64,000 nt of DNA from Lingula anatina. Lineage: Eukaryota > Animalia > Brachiopoda. Of the stretch, positions 14,336 through 28,577 are shown one piece after another; positions within the stretch are counted from its first letter, which is position 1; each line of letters begins with the position of its first letter. The notes beneath the pieces are model-generated. The model was not told the origin of the DNA and did not search any database. It was given only the letters and a program-made list of their open reading frames with translations. The stretch spans positions 3,968,001 to 4,032,000 of the forward strand of contig CM120646.1 in the NCBI GenBank assembly GCA_051362555.1, written 5' to 3'. A program made the position numbers and the translations under genes.

Positions 14336-17300
14336 AAGACATCTATTATGTCCATGTCCAACAGCATGTCTTCTTATTTCCTACTAGAATACGCTATACA
14401 TTCTATACAAAAGATTATAATTGCTTCATACAGTCAAACTTTGTATCCATACCTATATTTTCAGGCATGCGCACCAATATTGCAGTTTCTGTTTTTCAGA
14501 TAAATATTTCGGTCACCACTGTAAACAAACTGGGTTCATTAGCTGCCGGCTACTAAGTGTGAAAATACATCTCTTGTACGGCCAGTGCATATTCAACGGA
14601 GGGAAGGATAGATGAATATTACACTGTGGACTGCGATAGAGCCCTTTATTTTTATTAATAAAAATGAACGAGATTTTGTCTAATGAAAGTTTTCATCTTA
14701 TCTTGGCCGCGATTAGATTACTTTACTAGTATAATTCCTCAATTGACAATATTTATCTATTGATTATATCAATCACTTTCTGGTAAACATGCGTTCACCA
14801 GCATTTTCTAAGACTCGGATGACCACCAAATTTGTGTCGATTTATCGATTCAAAGCAAATGTGCACGTATCTCTTTCTCTCGATCTATCTTTCTTTCTGT
14901 GTCTTTCTTTCTTTCTGTCTCTTTCTCTTTCCCATCCCTCATTTGAAGAGATAAAATACATATCGATTCTTAAATCTGTCACAAAGTGCACTACTGACAG
15001 ATGTGAATAAAACATGATTTAATAGGAGAGAATGATACGTGATATCAAACGGAAAGCACCTATTCAAGGCAGATCATTACTATATTAATTTTCAATTCCT
15101 TTGATCTCCTTTCTTTTCCCATCCAACTTTTGCTGTGAGAACCGAATGACAAAAAATACTCATTTTAAATATTGATGCAGCCAGCGGCGCCAAAGCGCGT
15201 GCAGGGAACCTCGTGCTTTGACATGTCGCGTGCCAGCGCGTGTGCGCCCTGCCACGTGCCTTCAGGAGGCATACAGCCATAAAAAAAGTACCAGGTATTT
15301 CTTTCAAACCAAAAATCTCTTCCCACGACTATGGTTTCGATGCCTCCTTCCGTTTTTAGCAGAGAAAATTGGCCTGGCACGTGTGTCGGATGATTAGAAC
15401 TATTCTTAATTGCGGTCATTTCCGTGAAAAAGGTGATTGATATCCGCCACGTCCGCTCCACAAAGCGTACCTGTGCCGTCTGCCTTTTTTTTCTCAATAA
15501 GCATAAAGCGTATGCAAGAAGAATTAATTTCCAAAAACTCTTGATTAATATATCATAATAAACTATTCTTCTCATCAAGGATAAGTTTAAGATATTAACG
15601 CGAAGAGGTCATTTTTTGTTGATGAAATCCCTAGCTACCAGTGAGAAAACACATACTCTCCATGGGTAATCATTCGCAGGTGCGTTTTGTATATCATATT
15701 TATCTCATGTTCATAAAAAATGATAATTTTCGATTGCTCAGAATGGGTTTCCATTGCGCCACTTTTCCTACAATAATCGAACAGCGGAAAAGCACTTTTC
15801 TTATCATTATGACCGATTTCAGCAAGTAATAGATAAAAATATACTGGGGGCCACAGTTTAACTGCACATTAGAAGAAAATGTGCTGATTAGCCTATATCC
15901 TAATAAAGCACACAGCTGATGAAATGTTTGTTAAGGACTGCCTTAATGCCCATACGCTTGTTTCATATAGCTAGGTTCACACAACCCGTGCGTACTCGGT
16001 GGTCGGTTCAGAGCCGGCTTGAGGGCTGTTCACTTTGTTAACTACGGTGGATCACCGGTGTCAATTCAAACAATGCAACTGTGCGGGGCGCACCTAAACA
16101 AGATACAATAAGTCAAGTTTCGACTCTGACTACATACTGTGTACCTTAGACGTTGATTACAATACATGTGTCGTGTTTTCATTATATAATATTGATTTAA
16201 CAGAACCGGAGGATGGTCAGCGTGACACGAAGCTATAGTTTAAACAACCTTAACAAACATATTGACAGTATGAATATTCAAGCATGTTAGCTGTATGCAT
16301 ATTCAAAGACATTGGCTATATGAATGCAAACATATCTGTGTCATAAATGTTCATCTTCCCGCATCAGTTTTGGTCCATGCATCCATACATTTCATATGAT
16401 TCCGAGTACTGTAAACAGTATAGTATTTCATCACACCTGAAATACGAACTGTGTATGTTTACATTATGTTCTGAGTATGGTTCAATACGAGAAGATAGAC
16501 ACATGAACTAATCATATCGGGATGGGAAAATAATTCTTATCATCGTGAGATGTCAGATACTACAAGACAAAGGCTGATATATTTTGAACGATTATACACC
16601 CTCATTTGGCCTCTAAACTACACCCTGGAATGCTAGTTACAAATGTAATTCATCATTTGACATGAATTTGAAGGGGCGAAAAGAACTCTACAGTTTATGT
16701 CAATCTTTGAATAAGTTCCTAACATCTGACAGCGAAAGCACCCCCCCCTCCCCCAACTGCTTTTCTTTCTGTACGTAGAGTCCTGTAACCATCAAATATC
16801 CAACCTCTAATGTTCGTGGTAAAAACGGCGTTTTGAACCAAGCTCGGTTAAACATGAAACGTAGCACGTGTAATGGGAGGAAAGATTCGCCGTTCTCGGT
16901 TGTTTTGTGTTACAATCTATATATCCCTATGTAACAAGGTTCGTTTGTTTTGTTATCTGAATAAAGAAAAAAAGGCACACCGGTTTGGGTTACTGCGACG
17001 TTTAACGTGTTGTCCATGCAAAATATTGATTGTAAAAAAAGCTGACAGCTTCACTTGTACAGTTAGTGCTTGCGTGAGAGAGAGAGAGAGAGAGAGAGAG
17101 AGTGAGGGGGGGGGGTAAATTTCTTATTGTAATGGTTCAGGACCCAGAAAGAAAGCAGATATCGTCTATTATGTCATAAATCTTACGATTGTGCGTGTTT
17201 CTTAACGAAAACTCTCACTTTACAACGTTTGTCCATCAATGATCTACTAAAATTGCTCTGGACATGTTGCCTAGAATGCCCGAAATGATGAGCGAGTTGC

Positions 17301-18716
17301 TGAGCTTCTGTATTACAGTGTAGGAACTCTAAACATCGCTGGTTCGCAGGAAAGCATGGAGTTATCACAGCGCGAGTATTGCTCTTTTTACACAAAATAA
17401 CAATGGGGAATAATCTCCGTTCTTCTTTAGTAAAGCGATGTAAAAAGGTCATATTCAAACATCCTGTCTTTGTCTACATATGATTTTTCCTACCTCTCTT
17501 AGAACTTGATACAACATTGAATTGCCCCTTGTATTTTAATATAAGGCACGCAATATATTAGAACCTGAACTCGGTGTGAAGCTCGCATACTTTACACGCA
17601 TATTACTTTATATTACATTGGATATCTCTGTTTTATATTATTACATTAGTGTGATCTATCAATTCGTAATAAAACATGCATTGCCCGCAACCTGTGTTTG
17701 TGTGTGTGTGTGTTTGTGTGTGTGTGTGGGGGGGGGGGGGGGGGGCACGAGGTGCAGGCGAACAAAGTCACGGATAAATAAGGTACATGTCCAAACCAAG
17801 GCTACTACGTGCCTATAGCTGAAGTATAGCATTTTCAACCGACCGACATTTTGGAGAATAACTTGACATATATTGACAACGTGCTCTACAATAGCGGAGA
17901 AATTTATAGATAGTGGTGTGAATCATCACATGTTGAATAAAGACTGCTGATAAATGATTCTAACTCGACCCAAAACACCCTGCGTTACACATGGTTAACA
18001 TTCGAACACTTCTGTACGGATTACCCGCGAGTAGTCTGTATTCTATGTGACAGCGAGTGTGCGTTGGTGAGAAAAGGTTCTCGGTTTGTACCCCGAAATT
18101 CACAGAGTCAACAGGGGCGGTTGGTAAAGATTCACCATTTATACCCTGGAAAACAGGGGGGACAACAGTGACCGTAGACATATTTACAGAAAGCCCACTG
18201 TCAGTACCCTGAAGCTCGCCGTTTCAAAGGCGGCGGTAAGCAGATAGGGTATTAATATCGCAAAATCATATATTGCATTCTACGTGGATTCAGGGTGTTC
18301 AGTTATCATGGCCGATAATGAAGCCAATATACATATGTCTGTTTACCTCGATCTATTCACTCAAAGTATAATGACTCGATATTTTCTGCCACACACAGGT
18401 AGACAATGATGCCACATTAACATTAATATAAAAATTAATATAAAGCGTAATGCTTCAACTGACGTATCTCTCTCTATATATATATCATGGTAAAACAATG
18501 ATAACATAGCGGTAGTAGGCCTATACTGCCTGTACCACAATAGTATTTTTTGATAATTTGTGTAGTTTGACTTGTCATTGTATGTGTAAATGAAGTTAGT
18601 TTAAGATAATCTGCGATTCTGAGACCTAGAATACAAAATAATATATTATATATAAAAGCCTGATGTAGAATGCACCAGTTGTACGGGTATTAAATATAGA
18701 TGTTTTGTTTACCTAC

Positions 18717-18771
18717 CTTGTGAAATCATGGAGATCAGCAGCTGTAACGTTAAGACGTGCACTCTTTTCAT
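18717..18771 (-). CDS. Candidate first coding exon of a secreted or membrane protein (signal peptide MKRVHVLTLQLLISMISQ)
   Basis: ATG with A at -3, basic N-terminus then a hydrophobic core, strong donor CAAG|gtaggt in phase 1, next to a CpG-rich promoter-like region. No downstream exon was identified. Confidence 0.45.
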
Positions 18772-18779
18772 TCTCGCTG

Positions 18780-19730
18780 TCGTGTCTTCTCATGTGCGTG
18801 TATCGGCGTGTGCGAGAGCGTGCGCAGCTTGGTCGTTAATCCGAAGTGACTGTTAGTATCGTGCAGCGACTGACGGATAACATGTGCATTCTGAGTCGTT
18901 TTTTCCCTGTTTTCCTCTCTCTCTCCCGTTCTTTGTCTCCCACTTGAATTTACTGGCTTATTCAAAAAAGCAAAACGTTGTTATTCCTTGTTGATAGCGA
19001 AATGTCGATTTCTCTCAATATTTTCGCAACTCGTTTTTTCTTCTCATCGGTCGTCTGCTGTCAGAAACGAACACGTGCTATCTGCCGCCACTGGATGTCG
19101 TCTGCTCGAGCAATTATGGAGGAAACGCAGTGGCATTTCCAAGAAGGCGTCTAACAGATCACGTAGGGTCTTATCTACGGTTATATCCGACTGATAGCGT
19201 CCTTCAATGAAGATTCAACTCAATTTCATGGGGCCCAATTTAATTTCGACCGTCGACTTAGGTACAGAGGGCGATTAATGGATGTGAACCGCTTGCAACA
19301 TGAACACTTTAAGGCACATAATTCAATTGCACGTCGCCTTCGTCGTTTTCCAATCAGAAATAAAGCACGGTGGCGTATGCCTGACGTACACTGCAGGACG
19401 GTCAAGGGCGACCGCTGCTGATTAATTTACAAAGTTTCCAAAGCGGTCTTCGGTGGGCAATTTGGAGCAGAAAATATTAAGTATGGGGCTGCACGACTAG
19501 CCTTGCCGTGCCAACCCTTGCCTGTATTTTCGGAGCTCCAGAGACAGAATTATTGGTCCTCGGAGATGGAAAACTAGCCGCAACAGAACCGAAGTCAAAT
19601 TAATCGACCGGCTTCCCCCGTCGATTTTCGACTACTGTTTTTGCGCGTTGGCGATCTCCAGCATGCGCCACGCGCTCCTGTGTATCTCGTATCCGATCCG
19701 GAGTTTTCCTTTCGCGATATGATCTTACAT
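18780..19730. promoter_or_regulatory. CpG-rich promoter/5' UTR-like region
   Basis: Dense CG dinucleotides, no credible ORF, and directly upstream of the candidate minus-strand exon. Confidence 0.4.
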
Positions 19731-22700
19731 TCACTTCCTTAACCAAGGTTAAAAAATCATGAAGCATGTGATAGGCTTCACCTATGAAATTAAATGTCCG
19801 TTGGATGCCTGTCAGTTTTCGATCACGTCAGATTTCTCTTTCCACTATTGCAATATCTGTATCTGTTTCTCTTTCATCCTCCGGTGCAAGCTGTGAATAC
19901 CACGTGCAGAGGGAAATGTCAGTTTTGACCTGTTTAAGTAGCTAGTAAAATAACACGGAAGAAAAAATACCGTTATCTCATCCTTTCGACAGAAAACATT
20001 AATCCATCTCTCTATAAATCTTTGTCATTCCGAGTAAGAAAGTCGAGATTTCTTTTCTTTCTTCAATCTATTGATAACGTTACACGGTAAAATCCACCAC
20101 CGAGTCATCGACCGTTGTTTGATCCACCACGCTTAAATCTCACCAGGTAAGTCTGCACGCGTGTAATACCTGAGCGTTTTAATCTAATCCTCCTCAGCCT
20201 TAATGGTCAATTATCATCGTGTCGTCATGTCCGTGGCTCGTGAGACGACTTCCCCTTGGTTTTAGCTCCCTCTCTCCCCGCTAAAGTGCGTCCCCTCTCT
20301 GTCTCATGGTAAACCTGGTAGTAGAGGCTGTCAATTTTCTCATTGATTAAGTGTTCGGAGGCCGTCCATTTACAGCCAACTTACAGCGCTTTTGTTATAG
20401 CGGCACGTGCCAGCTGACAGTTTCCAGGTTACCAATGCGAAGTGTCGTCTGCTTGCACTGGAGGCTCACAAAGGGGGAGGTCGAAAGAGCGCAAATTTTT
20501 TATTTGTATTTCACAGCCGTTTGCTAATGAGAATAACAAAGAATGAACCGTAACCGTGGAAACCGTAACCGTGGAAACGATCGAGTACGCGAGTGTTGTT
20601 CTCTGTTGTAGTAGCCATTCAAGGTAATAGACGTTTTTTTTTATGTTTGTGGTGTTTAATTTACCTGACGTATATAGAATCGGCGGGGCGATAAATAGGT
20701 GCTTAGAAAACGCTCGAATAAATATTTTACTTTGCATGTTTTTGTTTGCGGATGTTTTTAGTCAATGCTGTAAATATTCTACGCAGGGTGATAAAATCTC
20801 CGAAAAACTAATTCCCAAATTCAAATTCTCCATAGAAAAAAAGTTAAAGCTTTTATAAATTTCCGAATAAACATAGGGGAGGATAGCTACACCAGAACTG
20901 AACATGACCAGGTAGAGTGCAGAGTTCTTGGTATATCATGGTAAAACAAACACAGCCACACGCCGAAAAAGAACAAAGAAATCACATCGGCGCAATATTG
21001 AATGGGGGGAGTACCCGAATAGGGCTAGGCGGAGGACTGCACCCACACTGTATTAACTATCGATCTCCAAAACAAGCGTCTGGTGCGTAATAAATGATTT
21101 GTTATTTTGATAAGATTTTGTTCGATTTGGTTTTGCCCTGCGGTGATACGCCTTTAGAAAGAAGACTTTCGTAGAGGCCAGGTTTTCTTTTTGTGACGCA
21201 TTTGCTTTTATCGTTTTGTTCTTTTCGTTTGATTTCTCTGTCACATTTGCTCTGGTTTCTTTGAATAAGTCCATTTAATCGGCCCCACTCCAGAAAATTC
21301 GACAAAGTGGTTGTGTACACCTTATTTGCATACCATCTTAGGAAGTTTGCTTAATCCGAGGAACAAATTGTTTTTAAATGCCCCTTGTATTATGATATGG
21401 AAATGAGTGACTTTGTTACACGTCATTAAATTTCACTGAGAAAAATGTTTTTTCTTATATTAAATTCGCGTACACTTAGTACATCAGGTCTTTGTCTCGT
21501 GGCTGGTGCGTAGAACATTATTACCACTAGTGGAAAAATTTAAATCTATCGTGCTTTCATAGAATTGTGCTCTCCTCAGATTATTAGACAATTTCACCTG
21601 TAAATCGTCTTGATAATCCCATGTAATTATCGACATCGTATTAATTCCCATCATCGCAGGGTAAATTCCATAATCCTTCACCATAAAATCCAACCCTGAA
21701 AGTCGAAGGTCGCCATACCACTACGCGTGGATATGCAGGGTGAGCTAGCGAATGGCACCCACACAAACGTTTGATTTTCAGGGTGGTTTATCGTATCGTA
21801 TCATAGAGATAGGTGAAGAGCGTGATCGGAATAATGAATACAGTTAATGCAAACTTTAAGAACAAAGAAATCTGTATTGGAATATTAAGATTTATAATAT
21901 CTGGCACACGTTTTGTCTGACTTAATCAGTGTATATTTGATAGTTTCTCACTAATTAAGGCGGCGCAAGGAATGTATTGCATAATATTTCCGAGTGGAAA
22001 ATTGGCGATTGATTTTGATAACGCAGCATTTTGAAATAGTGCAGGTTTATCATTCAAACATTCACTAATTTAAATTTTGTTTTTAAATTTTGAATAAATT
22101 TTTTTGATACAAAGAGGAAGCCATCTTCAAATAACATGCTGATATTAAAATAGGTTGTCCATAAAAAATTCAAACATTTATCAGACAACATTTGACAATA
22201 TTTAACTCAAAGAACAAAGCGTTATGAAACAACAGAGAGAAGATATAGTAAACAATGCTTCTTAATTACGTCATATTGTCCTGTGACCGATGTAACGATG
22301 GCTAAGGCCACGTTCATAGTGGACATTGTTTTGACCGATTTCGGGTATTTATTAAGTCGGTTTATACTATTTTGGCAGCCCGTGCTAGAAATATCCTACT
22401 AACTTTATTCACAGCGTAAAATGGCTCCTGATCTCAAAAAGCTGATTGTATGTAAACCGGTTACATGTTTTGATTCCTCAACTATGATATGTACCAAAAA
22501 TTTAATATAATCAACACGAGAGCGGTTTGTGTTAGGACTGGTCCATCTTGGTCCAACTGGTCCCTAAAATAAGTTAAATTTGAAAGAGATAACGTTCTGA
22601 TGTGTCGCGAGGATTAACCTGTGTACTAGTAATGTATACGAAGACAATTGAATATTAACAATAACCTTGCACTTGTTCACGCCACTATACAGACAAAAGA

Positions 22701-22899
22701 GATAAATTTACTTGTGTCTAATTGATCGACATTCGTTTATCTTTATCTACCTTTGCAGAAAGACGACATCATATAGGACAAGTAAAGTGTGTTTGAGGCC
22801 GTGTAAAGGGGTTACGAAGAGAGATAAAAACAAAAAGCCATTGCCGTTGACTTTTCATTCGTCATTCTATTCTTACATCTCTATGTCTCTTCTTTCATA

Positions 22900-22975
<76 letters not shown>
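22900..22975. repeat. Compound (CT)n/(CA)n microsatellite
   Basis: Seen directly. Confidence 0.93.
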
Positions 22976-22978
<3 letters not shown>

Positions 22979-25900
22979 TTCACTGTGGGGCAACATTTAG
23001 ATTAAAAAAAACTAGACGAGCTGTGCGTTTTGAATGAGTGCTGATAAAGGCAGATAAGCCGCTATCTAACACGCTTTATTAATTTCCTTGTGGGGGAAAT
23101 AACTTGAACCCTGATACAAAGGTTAACCTTAGTGCTTTTACCCTCCAGACTTCACCAACTTTTAAAAATTATTCATATTCGCAAAATAACATCATGGGTT
23201 CTTGTGGATTATTTTTTATTTCTCTAAGTGAAAAGGACAGAGTATGATTAATGCTAAACAATTTATGATGCAGATGTTGCTCACTTGATAATTTAGATTC
23301 ATTGTCGAACAATCTTATCAAAATTATAAATTGCATTCTTTTGACATCAAATTGAACATATAAAAACTGAAGCAAATTAAATATCCACAAAGATATCCCG
23401 AAATATTCAATAATCTCTTTCATCATACACGTACAGTATGACTGAATGGAGACCAAACTTTAGAAAAACACAGCGTCTGCTATCCTTCGTTATGTAAGGC
23501 CAACTGAATTAAAGAGAATATAATGAAAATGAGCATACGTTGACAGAAAGCAGAACTGAAAGTGAACTAATCGTTTGCGGCATGATTATCCTATTATAAT
23601 TCCGCTGCAGCCTGATTCCCAATGCACGGACGTTATTGGACATTTTAAGCGACCAGCGATCCGTGATAAAAAAGCTTTCACAGATCATTTCAAATTAATG
23701 AAATCGCCGCCGCAAATTATTTCGAGTAGGTTAAATAATGCATCTCACCATAGCTATGGCGTAGAAGCTATACCACAGAGTTAAAATACAAGGTCTAATT
23801 ATGACGAATTGGTGGTCTTGAAACCGCCATTTATCAAAGTGATATAGGATTAATGAATATAGGTGTAAGAAAGAGAATGACGGGTAAATACAGGTGCAAT
23901 GCGAATAAAGGAGAGTCACACGTCATTTGGTTTCGGTTTTTCAGCGCTTGTGTTAAAACTTAAGCCGTAATAATCATAAACATTTCGATCGTCTGCCGCA
24001 GATGTTTGGCGCTCGTCCCGATTGGAAGGCCTGAAGCCCATCCAGCTTCCTGGCCTTTTATGTTTATCAGCACCGCCCCGAAAAGGAAATGTGGTGTCTT
24101 TGCAAGCGGCGCCAATCACCTGAGAAAACAAAGTCCAATGAAATTATTCTGAAGATTAAAAACAACACAGAAAGAAACACGATCCCAGCACAGCTATAGA
24201 AATACAAATAACTAAATTGTGAAAACAGACGATGTGACCGATTTTCTTGGTGAGTGGGAATGAGTTTATGTGCATCAACCCCAACTATAGATAGAGCAAA
24301 AGGTAATGGTCCCCTCCTCCTCCTTACCACAATTCATTTGCAGATAAAGTATAAGAAAATATGTTCTTTTGTGCTAAATGACAAATGTTCTTTTCATTTG
24401 ATCGTGGTCTTTATGTTGAATAACAAGCAACAAGCAATATTATTATTCAAGGTTGATTTTCCCTTTGCGGGTAGAAACGTTACATTTTTATTGTGATTGT
24501 TTGGGTGGAGGAGAATCTAAACTTATTTAAGTACAGTTGTGACAATAAAAAGGGAAAATTAAAGAAAGAAAAAAGAGTAAGTAGGCCTAATAGATAATCA
24601 TTTCATCTTGTAAGATGTGAAGAATTTCAAACTTGGCAAAAAAATAGTGAACCAAATGAATATATAAATATTTCATACGGTCTTATGTAAGAGGGTGCTT
24701 TGATAATTAATTAATTAAATAATTGATTAATTATATTCATATAAATTAAGACTAAAAAATAATATTCTTGAAATAATTATTTTTATCATGGCAACAGTGT
24801 CATTGGAACATTTGATAATTATTTTGTTATCACTGTTATCAAGCTCAAGAACAATCAATGAAACAATGTTAGAACTATTGTAACGCCCCAGCTTTATAAT
24901 TGTCACCGCATAATTTCTGCTATAGAAACAATTTAGAATAATTCACCCCGAGGAGAATTTATCACCTCAATTAAGACCAAGGCCTCGCCAAGACTGAGCT
25001 TTGAAGCAACATACCTTTCAAATTGTGATTCCTTAAATGTTATCGTTTCTTCGTAAGAAGGACTAACATTATTTTAGGTAATGCACTATTACGATAAATG
25101 TTTTCTGTTAAGATTGTTGGATTTGCCTTGGTCATAATACAACAGCATAGATCCTGCAAAGGACCAATATGATTTACGTTTGGAGGCAAGAAAGAACAAA
25201 CAATAATTTTAATTAGAAACACAGTCCAAGGTAATGAAACAGGCAAACTCTGTCGGTCGTTTGTATAATTGATTTCATGATTAAAGATACTGAAGTAATA
25301 TATTATCGTCCTATGACACTTTTCAAGGATAGTGGGCAGTAGTTGTGTTGAGATTCTGTACCTGAGAAATAAATTAACTAAAAACCTTTGGTGACGAAAC
25401 ACCAAAAATGAAAGCAAACCGTGATGACTCTTTTCTCCTTACCAGAAGGATTCAACCATGTTAGTTTCACATTCACATGATAAAGAAATTATAAGATTCA
25501 ATTTGTTTTGGTCAATGACAGGAAAATGTTTATGAATGTATTATAATATATTTCTTAAAAATGAGCATCAACATCCAGTCCATAGAATATTATTGTTAAT
25601 TATGCCAGGCTGAAAACTGACTTCCTATACAGCATACACATACATTTGTACGATTTATTCAAAACTTTATTGTCCTTTTTTTAGTATAAATAAACCCAAT
25701 GAAAAAAGAATGTTTCTAAACTCAAATACGAAACGGACTAAAATTTCACCGACAGGAAATTCTTTGTGAAATATACTAAAAATAGGAACGGGCTTTCAAA
25801 ACAGAGGCAGACGACAGTTAGACAAAGAGCGGCACGTGCCGCGTGCGGAATATCAACCACCTGTGTTTGTTCCTACAACTCTTGTTATCAAAAGGCTGAT

Positions 25901-27927
25901 TTCGAGCGCTCTCCACGTAATGCGACGAGAGGGACGGGAGAACAAAGCCGGTCTTATTAATGGTTTCGTAACATCATGGAATATCACTGATCTGCATGAT
26001 ATTTAAGAATGGAAAATTGTTCGCCTTGATGATTTTGTTGTAGGTCACTTCTTGTATCTGTAATTTCATTAAGAAATAAAATTAACGATGCAAGAAGTGC
26101 ACAGTAAATTAAAAAATCAAACAAAATTAGACCACAAGTTATTTTTGGTTGTTAAACTTCATAACATTTATTCAATAGCGTTAAAGTTAGAAAATTGTTC
26201 ATTTAATATCATTTTGACTAAATTAAGAGTGATACGTTTTAAGGTAAAAAACGGACTAAAACTGACATTTAAAATCCCCAGCCCTCCTTTTCAATGCATA
26301 TTCCATCTCGTCTGATACACGGTATGTTATGTTAGTGTACGAAATCTGTCCTACGCGACACTCAGTCATTTCTCCGCCATATGCCCGTGTCTTTGAAAGA
26401 TTCTGATCGGCAAACAAATCCAATATTTACAGATCATTGAAGAGCACTCCATAGATTGTTGACTTAACGCGCGATTAAATCTAGTGTCGTTGTCGCAGCT
26501 TCTATTTGATGACAAAGCCGTCACAAGCAGGTGACACACAAGACACGTTCGGGGCTGTGTACCTAAAATATCATTAGGGTCCTCATGGGCAAAACGTGGT
26601 AGACGGGGAGGGGAGGGGGAGGGGAGGGGAGGCCTATCTTTGGTGCTTGATTCCTAGGGGGATTTACTATCTTTATACTTACTCTTTGGGGATGTTTTTC
26701 CTCTCTTATCAATATTACTTTACTGAGATAGAAAATAAAAAGTATTAAGGACAGATATTAAAAGCACAGAAATAGAAAATATAGAAATGTTTATAGAAAA
26801 TTCAAAGAATTTCACCAAGTAGCATTTGTTCAGAAATTCAACGAAAACACGCCTTGTTACCAAAAGTCGTCTGCGCCTTCGAGTGAAAGGGAGCGCGCTC
26901 TCTCCACACACACAAAACTAAACACAACGTCCAGTTTTGAACTCGAAGTCCCCTGCATTATTTACGGTCATTTTTGCGTAATGTCAATGGGCACGCGTCC
27001 GTTAAGACTGGGCCTCAAGACTGCGGTTGACACCTGTTAAAATCCCTGACAATCACACATCTGACGTGTCACCTGCTTCCTTGGTGACGTCATCGGGGTT
27101 GACGCAACGCAGGCATTTTAATTTCGCATTCTGAAGCGCCGTTAATAACAGAAAGGAGCGAGGTAGATCGTTAAAAAATCTCACTTTTTATTCGTTATAG
27201 TCACGTAATCCTTATGATCGTGTCTTTAAAATCCCACTAAATTGACCAACTTCCTTTATTGGACGAACTTGATACTTTTCTAATCTTTACCAACAAGCAA
27301 TTTCCTAAGTGCCTAGACGACCAATAAAAGTGCCTTTTTAAAATTAGTATTTGGATGTTTAGTTATTTATTTAAATGTTTGTTTTATTGATTATGTTTTT
27401 AACTGAATGAATATTTATTTGGTAGGTTGAATTGACTTTTTTTGATGAAATGGCTAACAATAAACTAAATTTTTATTGCCCCTTGGTGTCACTGTTTTGA
27501 TAAAAAGGCTAGTCGACGCTCCAACTGACCACATTATAGCGGTCATTTAAGTTTGGACCCTTATCGACAAAATGTGAAACACAAAGCGCCTTTTGAAACC
27601 CCCCTTCGTTGGAAATTTGATTGCGAGTAGTACTTTCTTTCCGACAAAAAATTGTCAACAAAAGGAAAAAAGAACACGGGTTTTAACAACAGCGCAAATC
27701 ATGTGCGAGGAAATTAAAGTCCTTGATTATATTGATCCCCGGGTGTAGAAATGTGAGAACAAACAAAAAGAGAAGTACGACTTTTTAATGGCAATTTTCA
27801 CATTGACTTGATCTTTTTGGGTATGCGATAGTCCATAAAGCGTCGGCTAATATTTTGATAAAAAAGGACTGTGTGTGCATACGCGCGCGCGTGCGAGAGA
27901 GAGAGGGAGAGGAGAAAGAGAGCGTCG

Positions 27928-27962
<35 letters not shown>

Positions 27963-28537
27963 AGAGAGAGAGAGAGAGGAGGAAAAAGAGAGAGCGATGC
28001 ATCGATGCCCTAACAAAAGGACCAGCACAGTAATGAGAACGCACTGATTCATTCTTCCCTCACAAGTACACAATCCAACTCCAAACTCCTCTCTCTTCCA
28101 CTTTGCGCGAAGTCAATACACGACAACTCGTCGTCAACATCGTTTTACTCATGTAAACACACGTAGCCAAGGCACTTGGCAACGCTTAAGAGGTATCGAA
28201 CGTGTCAGAAATGAACACTTGATGCCTAGGAATATTGATCCGAACCCTCGGAGGAAGAACGAGAGCAGTATTCAAGGGGCGTGAAAGGCGGCGGGGACTA
28301 CAGTCGGTAATGGAGTGGAGTATCCGAGGTCTGTCTCCATCTGAGGGCATTTTGAAGTTGGTTGGGTACATCGGAAGCACGCTCTTGGGAAAAGGTTGAT
28401 ATGGGGGGGGGGGGGACGGACGAGATCAAATGGGCCAAGTATTTTTACACATTTTTCAGGTAAAATAATATTCATCATTTGTACACGTAACTGAAGCTCT
28501 ATATCTTCGTTTATCCCCTGCAAATGGTCACGAGTAG

Positions 28538-28577
<40 letters not shown>

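Noticed and set aside
5990-14556. Many ORFs with CVCVCV, SLSLSL, THTHTH or ERERER runs
   Set aside because: They are translations of dinucleotide microsatellites.
17542-17551. TAAGGCACGC, matching the 5' end of miR-124 (a similar miR-34-like seed lies at about 9780)
   Set aside because: The match stops after 8-10 nt and there is no pre-miRNA hairpin.
17960-18200. Minus-strand ORF and a Cys-rich frame (CKYVYGHCCPPCFPGY) as exon 2 of the signal-peptide gene
   Set aside because: The available acceptors give the wrong phase or an immediate stop.
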